Positions 10,915-23,300 of a DNA stretch of 64,000 nt are shown piece after piece (positions within the stretch are counted from its first letter, which is position 1; each line of letters opens with the position of its first letter). The DNA comes from Monocercomonoides exilis PA203. Taxonomy: Eukaryota; Protista; Preaxostyla. The stretch spans positions 2,232,001 to 2,296,000 of the forward strand of contig LSRY02000004.1 of assembly GCA_001643675.2 (NCBI GenBank). Direction: 5' to 3'. The translations under genes were made by a program, and so were the position numbers. The notes under the pieces were generated by a model. The model ran no database searches, was not told the DNA's origin, and saw only the letters and a list, made by a program, of their open reading frames with translations.

Positions 10915-13031
10915 CTACTCATCGTCTTCTGAAGCAATAACCGTTCTTGTTCCAGCACCCTTTGCTGCTTTGTGCGACTTACCTTCTTCATCTTCATCTT
11001 CATCACCCATATTATTTCTACGATTTCCTCTGCCTCTGCCTCTTCCTCTACCTCCTCTACCTCTTCCCCTTCCAAATCTTCCTTTTCCTGCCTTTTGCTG
11101 CTCTTCTTTTCTCTCCATTGCCTTTAATCTCCTGTCCACAATGTTTTCCCACTCTTTTTTCTCTTCTTCTCCATCCAATATTTTAACTATTGGTGCTGAT
11201 CCATTAAGGGTATGCACTGGTGTTTCAGCAGCAGCTGATTCCTGAAGAGCTTGGTTTGCTTGTTGGCAGCCTTCTGGTGTGCGATATCTTGCCAGTCTAA
11301 ATTATTAGTTGAGATAGCAGTTATCCATAAATAAAAAAAAAAAAAATCATAAAATAACACCAAAAACATTAATTCAAATGAATGTTAATGAATAAAAAGA
11401 ATAAAAAGGGAAAGAACAACATAATAAGGATGCATATATTATTTGAGAGACAGGGAAAACAGGTTTCATTTATTATAAAACGCATTTGAATATCTCCCAA
11501 TTTTAACAATTACTATTTCCATTTGATACACCACCAGACACATGAACATTTAACCTGGGGAGAATAATATGGAATATTTTCTTCAAAAATGAACGAAAGA
11601 ATTTTCATCCAAATCTTTCTTTCAATTCGTTCATAAACGATCAACGACTTTCCGTCTCTTTCTCTCTCATTTTTATTTATTCATTCATTCATTCGTAAAA
11701 CTTATTTTATTTCTTTAAAAGCCTTTATGAAACAAACCCGACAAAAGAATCTTCTTTTTCGTCGAAATCAACACGAGCAATTTCTCCAAAATGCCCAAAG
11801 AAATCCTTCAGTGCGATGAGTGAAAGCGATGATGTTGGAGAATTGAAGATAAACGAAAGAAGAATTCCCTTTTGGTAATCTGAATAAAAGTTTCATATCA
11901 TTCAAAGAGGGCAAAAATATGAAATAAAATATCGTGAATTCAATCAAAAAATTCATTAAAACAATCAAAAAATAAAAGTTCATTTTTTTTTATTTATTAA
12001 TTTCATATTTTATTTTTGTTCACCGATGATTTTCATACTTTCTCTATCATTCTCAATTTCCTTTCTTCGTTTCTCTCTTTCTTCAGCTTCCGCCTTTTGT
12101 CGTTCTTCCTTAAGCCTGCGTTTTTCATTTACGTGTCTGACTGGTTCTCCTTCTACTTTGCGAAATTGCTCTCTTGAATTTTTCAAAAAAAAAAAAAAGA
12201 TTATGATTTCAAAAATTTTTACGCATAAAAGTTTAATATTATGATAACAAACATTGTCATTCTTTCTAACGTTGATTCTCCGTACACTGGAACTGGATCA
12301 AGTGAAGCAAATTTGTCGCATTCATCTTTTACTTTAAAAACAACAAAAGCACTTCCCTATCATTATACAAACATAAAATCAAATTTATATCGTTAAAAAA
12401 TGAAAATGTTAATGTTAATATCATATGATTAAAATTTATGTAACATACAGTAAATTCTTTGCTTTGCAAATCTCTTCGCATGCGGATAGCTCCTATTTGT
12501 CCATATTTCTCGAAAAATTGAATTAATTCTTCTAAAGTTGCTTCCTTTGGCAATCCTTTCTAAAACAGAAATTTCATTATAAAATAAAAACTAATCACCA
12601 AAAAACAAACTATGTAAAGGGTGCGATTGTCAAGTTCTTCTTGAGATGGAGCACTTGTCTTCCTTCGAACCTTAGTTTTATCTTCTGATAGAACAAGAAG
12701 TTCAGAATCAGAGATCGCATCTGCAATCACAGGCACATCCTTACTCAATGCAGCGAGCTTTTTAAATGTTGTAAGGACAGAAATATCGATCCCTAAAGGA
12801 AAAGTCATGTTCATAAATACAGATCAAAACAATATTTGCCATACATCCTTCGGGAGTTTTTTTGCATTCTGCTTGAAGAAATTTGTCTCTCGGTAAGTTT
12901 TCATCACTGAAATAGAATTCTATAAATTTAAAAAGAGAGAAAGAAAATGCAAAATAACTTAAAAAATAAATTACCGCACCAATCTGCTTCTTGATTGCAA
13001 TTTTTGTTTCTGGTGATATTTCTTCACTCAT
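10915..13031 (-). CDS. La: La-family RNA-binding protein (La motif + RRM1 + C-terminal RRM2/xRRM + RGG tail), multi-exon
   Basis: La motif KQI|EFYFSDENLPRDKFL and ISVLTTFKKL. RRM1 RTLYI..LPKEATLEELIQFFEKYGQIGAIRMRR. RRM2 ..FFGHFGEIARVDF..GLARY..ILDGEEEKKEWENI. Tail GRGRGRGGRGRGRG. Genuine La versus LARP7 is unresolved. Confidence 0.9.
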
Positions 13032-13450
13032 TTCTTAACAAATCAAATTAGATAGATTTCTGTGGATCTCATTTTTAATGGAGCAAACCTTTCACTTAAA
13101 ATATCACTCAATTCAAGATCTGTGCTGATCTTTAACGATCGAAACCATAAGAAATATTAATCACCCAAAATGAACATTCGATTTATCAATTATTTTTTAA
13201 GCGAATTGTAACCGTGATTTATTGTTTATGTTTAAAGTTTCAATTTTCGAGAAAGCGATGCTTTTTAACTTTGAAAAAAGATTACTGTTATTTTATGCGT
13301 TTGTGAAGATAAAAATTTATAAGTTGAAGTTCAATAATTCATGAGCTCAATAAATAAGATGAGAAAGATAAATTGATACATTAACACTTATTGCCTTTTG
13401 CAATAAAAACAAGTTCATGTTGATTGCCTTTTCAAACAATATATATTCAA

Positions 13451-14300
13451 TTAACAAATTGTCCATTCTCTTTTCACAAAGTTTTGAGCTTGTAATCTTC
13501 AAATATAAACATATATATATTAATTATTCACAGTCCCTTCCCAGAATCATAATATTCTTTCTTTGATGAATCATTTTCTTTAAGTTCTGGTGGAGTTTTG
13601 AACGTGGAATAGTGTTTAGAGTATGCCTTAAATGATACAGGCAAATCATCTCTCATTGTGGTCGGAAACTCTGTTGCAGAACCACCTACGAGGGAATCAT
13701 GAAAAGAGCACGTATTTGAAGTCGAAGACATTTGCAAAGAAGGACTTTCATTTTCCGCTATCGAATGGCCTGATGCAATCTCTTGTTCGCACTCTAAATT
13801 CTCTTAAAAAATTATTTTTTGTAATTCAAAAAACAAAACAATTGAAAAGAATATGATACTTTTTTGAAGATAAACAGTCAAGTTTCGAATATCGAATTTT
13901 CGAATATTGAACTCTCTTTTAAGGGTTTTGCTTTGTGTTAATTTCTAAGTATGATTTTTAAAGCAACTTATCTTTTAAGTGTTCTAAATCGTGAGAGAAA
14001 CCTGATATAATGACTGTGATCTTGCTTTCAGAATAAGATGATAGATACTTCCTAAAAGTTTTTCAATTTCAGCGTTATGTTTTGAAACAACTTTTTCATC
14101 TAAAAAAACTTTTTTTATCAATCTCCAAGGAAGCACATAAGCAGCACACATTTTAAAAACATAGACAACGCTTGAACGTTAGAGCGTAATAAAGAAATTT
14201 TCTTTTTATGCGTACGAGGCTTGTTTGATGCCTTCAAAATATCCCTAACTTGCTGATGAAGCTTATTAAGAGAAGGTGTATCAGAAGATATTGAACTCAT
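13451..14300 (-). CDS. Hypothetical multi-exon protein
   Basis: Coding-like minus-strand segments (MSSISSDTPSL..., ...EIEKLLGSIYHLILK..., ...SSTSNTCSFHDSL...) are separated by short GT..AG introns. No recognisable domain, and the ends are uncertain. Confidence 0.4.
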
Positions 14301-14564
14301 TTTTCGAAAGTATTTTGATTTACGTATAGTCGAATAAATACAAATTACTCATTGTTTGCAAAATGTTCCTGCTTTCAGCATTGCAGGAGAAAATATTGAT
14401 CTTTTCTGATCATCAGCAAAAACATATTTTCTTCAACAAATTCATTTCTTATTTACAAGAAAATATTCTGAGTAACAGTCACCAAAATGGAAACTTTTTA
14501 ACCATTATTAAATTATCAAAAAAGAAATACATTTGTATTTCCCGATTTTCGAGAAAAGGTTGCA

Positions 14565-16899
14565 ATGAGGTGTTATGCACATTTTCATTTTTTTTGAGCG
14601 TGTATTATTATTAATTTCTTGGAATTCTTTTCTTTTTTAACATTTTTATTGAAAGCCTTCAATCTGCACATCATTTTTGTTCATCAGATGTGCAAGATGC
14701 AGCTGAACTAATTTCGAAAGTCACAATTCAACATCAATTGAAAGAAAATTCTCAAAATTCTCAATCTGAAACGTCTTCTTTGCTGTTTAATTATTCAAAT
14801 GAGCAACAAGAAAAAATTCAATCACAAGAAAATACTGCAAATGATGCCCCACGTTCTAAGATTACAAATTCTTGCAAACTTATGAAAACAACTCCACCAG
14901 TATTTGAGATGCCATCTTCTACAAATTCATCATCACCACCTCGTCAAAGCAATTCAAATCCTCTTGGAGGAGCTCGATCAGATGTAACTTTTTCACCAGA
15001 AACATCTGGCGATCCAATAAAATCTCTTCATTTTCTAAATCCAACTTCCAATTTTGGACTTCCGAACATCGGCAATACTTGTTTTCTCAATAGTTGCATG
15101 CAACTACTGACATATTGCTCGCTTTTATCTTCTCACCTGATTCAATGGTTCGATGCTAAAGTATCAAAAACTCCACCAAATCCAGAGAAGTGGCAGGATA
15201 AGCGTAAAAAAATGGAGTATAACCGTCTGTTAAAATTGGCAGTTGCAGCCGTGAATGAAATGAAAGCAATACGACAAATTCCGAATACATCTCCGTCTTC
15301 TGCAACTGCATCATCATCGTCAACTCCATCGTCAACTATGCGTCGTTCTGCGATACCCATTCGGAGGCAGGTTGATCGGTGCATTTGCGAAGAGCTTCAT
15401 CTGAAATTAGGAGCTGCTAACAAGCGATTTAAAGGGTATTCTCAGCAGGACTCCCACGAAGCGATGGTAACGATATTAGATGCAATACATGAAACAACTC
15501 ATATGCGGACTAGTTTCAAACAATCTGGTATGAGTTGTGAAGCTGTGCTTATGAAAGATCAATTTGCAGAGAAGGAAATGGAAGGAAAGAAAAAAGAAAG
15601 TGAATTTAAACAATTTAGTGATCTTAAAGAAAAAGGAGATGCAAAATATGATGAAGACGATGAAGACGATGGTGAAGATTCAGATGCTGAAGACAAATAC
15701 AATCAATTAGATGCATTTGAGATATCTCCTTCATCTACTCCTTCACTCTCCTCTTCTCAGCTTGTTTTTGCTCGTGCCTGGCAGCAGTTCCTGTCTCAGC
15801 ACCAATCTCTTGTGGCTGATGCTGCAATGGGCCTTGCCGCAACTGCCGTGCGATGTGGCGAGTGCGAACAGATTCGCTTCTCGTTTATGCCTTTCACTGT
15901 GCTGACTCTGAACTTCCCTCGCAAAAAAGGCGAGCGCTCTTTCTCGTTGGCTCAATGTATTAAAGTGTGACGCATTTATAAGCATTAATTTCATTCAAGA
16001 AATTATATAATTCTAATGATTTTTTTATCAACTTTTATTTCATATATGCCATTGAACTTATTGAATAACGCAGAATTTCTACACAGTTCGTTCAGTTAAA
16101 GCTGTTCAATGTGGTTTTTGTAAAAAGGCAACATCTTCTCGTCATTGCCTTCTTGTTGCTCGATGGCCTTCTGTGCTTCTTCTGCGTATGTTCTGTTTAT
16201 TCATATTTTTGAATTACAACTACTTGTTTTTCTCTCATTCAATTTTATACTGTTTTTTTTTCAAACTTCAATTGAACTTGCCTTGTGCAATTATTGTTCA
16301 CTGCTTCATTGCCATCTCATTGCTACTTATGCTTTTTCCCCAAAAGATTTCAATCGTTTTATTCCTTCCACGTATGGCTTTAGAAAAGATTCTATTCCTG
16401 TGTCTATCCCAAGAATTCTTAATCTTTCAGAGATGGGTCTTTCATTTGAAGATCACGAATTTAGCACTCTTGTCTCGTTTCCTTTGCCTTCAGTGAATTA
16501 TCAGCTTGTGGGAGTTGTAAATCATTGCGGATCAATTTCTGGTGGGCATTACACATGGTATGACGATGCAGCAAAGTTTAATTAACGTAGAATGAGAAAA
16601 TCCAAAAGAAAAACATCAATAACGATGATGATTGTATTTACGATTTTATTCATTCATTTTATTTTATTTTATTTTTATTGGATGAAAAGAACAGTATAAA
16701 GAAATTTACAAAGAATTTTTTGATTTTCCATTGGTCTTATTTTATTTATGCATTTTAATTATTATCATATCTCAGCACTGCACAAACAGATGATGGAAAG
16801 TGGCGCAACCACAGCGATACGCATACGTCGAGTGTGTCTCCTCCCACTTGCTCGGGTGATTATTATATTGTTGGTTATACACAAAGTCCAGCAGGATGA
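14565..16899 (+). CDS. Ubiquitin-specific protease (peptidase C19/USP), multi-exon
   Basis: Cys box GLPNIGNTCFLNSCMQLL, YSQQDSHEA, Zn-ribbon CGEC..CGFC, His box LVGVVNHCGSISGGHYT, last exon GKWRNHSD..DYYIVGY. The likely first exon is ATGAG at 14565-14569. Confidence 0.9.
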
Positions 16900-17373
16900 A
16901 CAAAATATAGTTTTTAAATATTTTTGTTGAATTTTTGTTATCCTTTTATTGGATGAATGTTTGCCTTTTCTTTTCTTTTTCATTTGAATAATTGAATAAT
17001 TCCAACATTAAGGATTTCCTAATTTTTATGTACTAAAAGAGAAAACATGAACGGTTAATTTTTGAGATAAGGCTTTAAAAGAAATATTTCATTAATCTAA
17101 AAAAAAGTCTTTTCTGATTTTCATTTTGATAATGCTCTTTCAAGAAAAAATTGGAAAATAATAATTGAAAATAAATGTGAATATTCGAAACATTTTTTTT
17201 TCATGAGTGAAATACATTTAATCTTTCTTTTAATGTAAACTTGCTGAGAAAAAATTCAAAGATCGCAAATACCTTCATTACGTGCTTTATTGTGATCAGT
17301 AAAGTTTTGTTTGATTGTTTAAAGTCGATTGTTATATTTATTAACAAAATTGAAAGATAAAAGTGCCACATAA

Positions 17374-20300
17374 ATGGGTCCTCAGCATAGTCATAATGTG
17401 AATGCTGAAACTATGAACTATGCCGATTACAAATTTCTTGAAATACCAAAGCCTCTTATTACCCAAAAACATCCGAATCTAGTTTCTCTTTCGCTATCAG
17501 GAAATCTCCTTACAACTGTACCTCCTATAAGAGCATTATTTCCAAAATTGAGGGTTCTACTTTTGGGGAAAAACCAAATGCAATCTTTGCCAAGTTCACT
17601 TTCAGGGATGGATACTCTAACCAAGCTTGTATGAGATATTTTAAGAATCATTTGAATGAAAAAAACTCAATTTGTAAAATTTTGAAAAATTTATTTTTTT
17701 TGAAATGTTTTTAATCTTTGCTTTAATACAGGATTTGACTTCAAATGTGATTGATACAATTCCTCATGTAGTTTTGTCAAATCTAGCTGATCTCATTTTA
17801 ACCGATAATAAGATTACAACATTAAAGCACGATTTGGGAATTTTATTTCCTAATCTGCACAACATTTGGATAAATAGAAATAAGTATAGATAAATGGCTT
17901 TTGAAAATTGAAATTAATTCTAACTTGAAACACATTTTTATGAAAACACATTTGAAACTTTGCAATATTTTAAGGTTGACAACGCTCCCCGCGATTGCGC
18001 ATCCAAAATTAGTGCAGATGGGAATTGATGGAAATCTTCTTAAAAGCCTGAAATCTCCAATGGATTGTGCTTCTCTGATTTCCCTAACTTTGTATTTGAA
18101 TGAACTGGAAGGGAAATTTTCATTTCCTCATCCATCTTCTTTGCCATCACTTCAAACATTGGATCTCCGATTCAATCACATAAGGTCAATTGATCCTGAG
18201 GTATTAGATTTGTTTTGGAAACTCAAAGATAATATTGTGCTTTCTTGTTTCGATATAACAACTTTTCTTTTCCTCAAAACTTAATATTTGCTTGTTTGTT
18301 TTTTATATCAGACGCTTTCTGTCTTTCCGAAGCTGAATCAACTTCTTCTGACACACAACGAATTGGAGATGATTCCAATGCAGCTGTGTCAACATCTGCC
18401 TCATCTGCGGCTGTTGTGGGTGGGAGAAAACAAGATCACTCAGCTGCCTTCTTCGCTTGAGCAACAAACAGTTCGATTTTTTTTTTTGGTTGAAGAATCA
18501 AAGATGTTTTTATTGATTTAATTGCTTTTTTCTATTTTGACTCATTTTCATTCATTTTTGTAAAGTCACTGGCTTCCCTTTTTGCCTCGTCAAATTTCAT
18601 TCAGTGGTGCCCTCCTCTTCATTACCCTCATCACTTTCGGAATGCTTCTTCTTCCTCTTCTTCTTCCTCATCGTCATCATCGTCATCATCTTCTTCAGCC
18701 ATTTCGACTGTGCTTCGAATAAACCTGTCAGACAACTACCTTTCCCTCTCTCCTCCACTCGGCTCAATCACTCTGCTGTTTGCGTGTGACAGAAACAGAC
18801 TGACTGAATTGGGACGTATGTTTTATTTAACCTTCTTTTCTTTGGTTTTTATTTTATTTTATTTTATTTTGTTTTGTTTATTGGAATCTTTAATACGTTC
18901 ATTCAAATATCATTTTGTTATACCCCATCCATTTCCATTGAATATGATATCTTCATGTGTATTCTTTATGATATTCTTCTTCTTCTTTAACTTCAGCGAT
19001 CCAACTGCCATCGAGATTGAATGCTCTTCATCTGCGCTTCAACCAGCTCTGTCGCATTCCATTTGTCATTTCAGAGCTGACACAGTTGAATGTGCTGTTG
19101 CTGAGTGGAAACAGAATAGAAAGAATTGACGATGAAATGGACGAGGCAATGGAAGAGGAAAAGGCAAAAGAAGAAGAAGAAGAAGAAGGAGAGGAAAATG
19201 AGAAGGGAGAAGGAAGCAACAAATGTTGTGAAGATGAAAAGAAGGATGAAAAGAAAGATGAAGTTAAAGGAGAAGATAAAGATAAAGATAAAGAAAAAGA
19301 GGAAGGAATCAAAGTTGAACAAAAAGATGCAAAAGAAGAGGAAAAAGAAGGCACAAAAGATGATAACAAGAAAGAGCCAGAAGTTACTTCTAAACAATCA
19401 TTGAATGCGTCATCAGCATCATCATCTGCTTCTTCTTCTTCTTCATCTTCTTCAGACGAGACTGTTGAGATGTCATCAGAATCCTCTCCATCTCCTTCTC
19501 CTTCCCCTCAGAACACTCAAACAATACCCTCTTCCTTCTTCTCCTTCTCGTTTGCCAAGCTTTCCTATCTGAAAGTGCTCGATCTCTCCTTCAACCGCCT
19601 TCATCGTCTCCCTTCCTCTCTCCGCTGTCTCAATCAGCTGCAGCGTCTCTCTCTCGCCTTCAACACCCTCACCACACTGCCCTTTTGGCTCTTTCTCTTA
19701 CCTTCACTCAACTGCCTCGTGCTCTCTGGCAACAGAATAGAAGCACTCCCTTCTTATGAAGAGATCAAAGAATGTGCTGAGAGAGAAAAGGCACTCAACA
19801 AGAAGAAGAAGAAGAAAGAGAAGAAGAAGAAGAAGTTGAAGTCCAAATTGGAGAAGAAAGAAAAAGAAGCAGAAAAAAAGATGAAATCTCAGCCAGACAA
19901 AACAGAAGGGGCATCTCCAACAGAATCATCATCATCACCTTCTTCTTCTTCTTCCTCTCCTTCTCCTTCTCCTTCTTCATCCAGTTCAGCTGATTCTCAT
20001 TCATCTTCTCTTCCATCTGATCCACTTTCATCCACAACTGTTGTTTCATCATTGGACACATCATCACCTCAACCTCCATCCAAACAGACTCTTCCCCCGC
20101 CTCCACCACCTCCTCCCCCTCCTCCTCATTCAAAGACCTCTCTTTCTTCTTCCTCCCCTTCCTCTTCTCTTCCTCCCAATCCTCCATTCCTCACTGCTTT
20201 ATCCACCAACCCTTCCATCACTTTGTCTCCTCTTGTCACGTTGACCCTCAACTCCAATGCTCTTTCTGAGTTTCCCTCTCTCATCTTCAACTTCGCTGCC

Positions 20301-23300
20301 ACACTCCAATCGCTTCGGCTGGCACACAATCGCATTTCTCTTCTTCCGCCTTGTCTGTTTGCTGAGCTGCCTTTCCTCACACGCCTCGACCTCTCCTACA
20401 ACAGAATATGTGACCTCCCTGACACTTTCTTCAACCTCCACGCACCTGACACTAATGCTTCTCCTCCTCCTCCTACTTCCCTTTCATCATCATCATCATC
20501 TTCTTCTTCTTCTTCTCTTCGTCCTTCCTCTTCCACTCAGAAGGCATCTCCTCCATCCACACGCTTCCCCCTCTCTCTTCGCCAAAAGCCACAAAACATC
20601 TCTTTCGTCGACTTGTCTCACAACAGAATTCGAGCACTCCCAAAGTCCATTCTATCTCTCCATCCCTCTTTGGACAGGCAGCAAGAGCTGGTTGTGAACA
20701 GACTGCTCCATTCGACTGCTCATCTCATCAATGGACACACCAATGAATGCAATGAACCTCACACTCTCTCTTCTCATCATTCATCTTCTTCCTCCTCTTC
20801 TCCTTCTCCTTCTCCATTTGTGTCTAATTATTCTTCTCTTTATTCTCCTTCTCCTTCTCCTTCTCCTTGTTCATCATCATCATCTTCTTCATCATCTTCT
20901 GCACCGTCTGCTTTGTCTCCATCATATTCTCCATCTTCTTCTTCATCACCCCAACAAAAGAGATCAACCAGAATTGCTTTTGTTCCATCTTCTTCTTCTC
21001 TTTCTTCATCCAACTTGGCTGTTTCACCATCACCATCTCCCTCTCCCTCTCCATTGGATGCAAAAGCTGATGAAGATAATTCATCAGAGAAGAAGGAGAA
21101 GGAGAAGGAGAAGGAGAAAGAAGAAAAGAAAGAAGAGCCAATCAAAAAAGAAGAGAAAACAGAAAAAAGCGAACAGAAAGAAAAAGAAGAGGAGAAAGAA
21201 GTGAATGCCATTCTCAAAGAAATTGAAGAGACAGCCAAAATAATATCATCATTCACCTCATCTATTGTTGATGGAGAAGCAAACACAACAACTTCATCAT
21301 CATCATCATCACCATCGTCATCATCATCATCATCATCATCATCATCTTCTATTTCATCAGATGATTCTGTTTCATCACCTGCTCCTTCTCCTTTGAAGAT
21401 TGTTGAATCATCGCCATCTCCATTGCAATTGTCATCATCATCTTCCTCTTCTTCCTCTTCCTCTCTCTCTCTTCATTCGTGTTCTGATGATATTCCTCCT
21501 CAGCCCCTATCTCCTCCCTCTTCTTCTGAAAGTATTCCAAAAGACTCCAAAGAGATAAAAGAGATAAAAGAGATAAAAGAGATAAAAGACATTCCATTTT
21601 CTCCTCCCTTCTCCACTCAAAATGCTCTCCTGTCTTCTTCTCTCTCAAAAGAGCATCTTGTTTCTCTTCCTCAAAGCGATGTGGCTGATTCTCCTCCGAT
21701 TTCTCCTTCATTCTATCCAGACAGACCAATCATTGACATGCCTGACGAGGATGAACAGAAACAAGATGCAAATGACAGCTCTAATGCATCATCATCATCT
21801 GCTTCTTCATCTTCCTCCTCTTCTTCTTTATCACCATCACCATCACCATCACCATCACCATCACCATCAACAACAACAACAACATCATCTTCTTCTTCTA
21901 TTTCATCTGCCTCTTCTAATGCCATCAGCATCTCTTCTGTTCCAATGCCATCCACATCACCCACATCACACTCATTCTCCACAAGACACATCTTCTCTGG
22001 CTCAAAAACATCTGCTTCTTCTTATTCTTCTCCAAACCCTCCTTCTTCTCCATTCACAACTTCTTCCTCTTCTTCTGCTTCCGCCTCCTCATCTTCTTCC
22101 TCCTCATCTTCTCCTTCCTCTTCCTCTTCATCATCTATTTATTCCACCACCTCCTCTTCTTCTCCTTTCTCTTCTCCTCTTTCTGCTTCATCATCATCAT
22201 CTTCCTCATTAGCTTCATCTTCCTCTTTCTCATCTTCATCTTCCTCTGCTTTGTCATCACCTTCTCCAAGTCCATTGAATTCAAACAAAAACATTCAGAA
22301 ACCATCAAATGCATCTTCATCAAATACAACCTCATCATCAACATTATCATCATCATCATCTTTATCATCATCCATAGCTAAACCAAAAATATCATCAACA
22401 TCATCAACATCTTCTGCTTCATCATCATCATCATCATCATCATCATCTTCTTCTTCTTCATCTGTTTCAGATATTCCTCCTCATCGCAACTTCCTTTTTG
22501 TGGATATTTCATTCAATTTCATCGGAGCAATGAAATGGGGCAGTGAAATGGATTATTATTTGGATGAAGAGGAAAGAAAAGAGCAGATGGCACATCTGAC
22601 AAGAGAAAGCAGAAGGAAGGAGAGAAGAGAGAAGGAGAAGGAGAAGGAGAAAGGGAAAGAGAAAGAAGGAGAGGAGAAAAATGAAGAAGAAGAGGAAGAT
22701 GAAGAATTGAAAGGAGAAGCAAAAGGAGAAGAGGAAGGAGAAGAAGAAGTGTTGCCATTTGATGCTGTTTCGATGGGAGTGACACTTTCTTTGTCTCCTC
22801 CTTCATCTCCTGTGCACAAACAGATACCTCCTCCAACTTCATCATCTTCTTCATCATCATCTTCATCTTCTTCATTATCTGCCTCTTCTTCATCATTAGC
22901 TTCATCATCTTCTTCATCTTCTCTTTCACAACCAGAAATAAAGAAAAGCTCTTCAACATCTTCAGCAGCTCTTTCAACCACATCTCCTTCTCCTTCACCT
23001 TCCACTCATTTCCCATCACCTCCCTCTAATCCCTCTTCTAATTCTTCATCTTCTAATTATTCTTCTTCCTTCTCTTCCTTCTCCTCTTCTCCCCTTCTCC
23101 ACTCCTCTACTCTTCAGAACATGCTCTTTCTGTCTTCTCCTTCTCTCTCTCTCATCATCCGGTGTGTCTCTTCCACCCAGTGCCCTTCCTCTGACAAGCC
23201 ATGGGTCTCCTTTTCAATGGGAAAGAGGTTGTTTGAAAGAGAATGGCGGAGAAGAAGATTGGAGAGACAGAAAATGAGAGAGGAAGCTGTGAAAGCGAAA

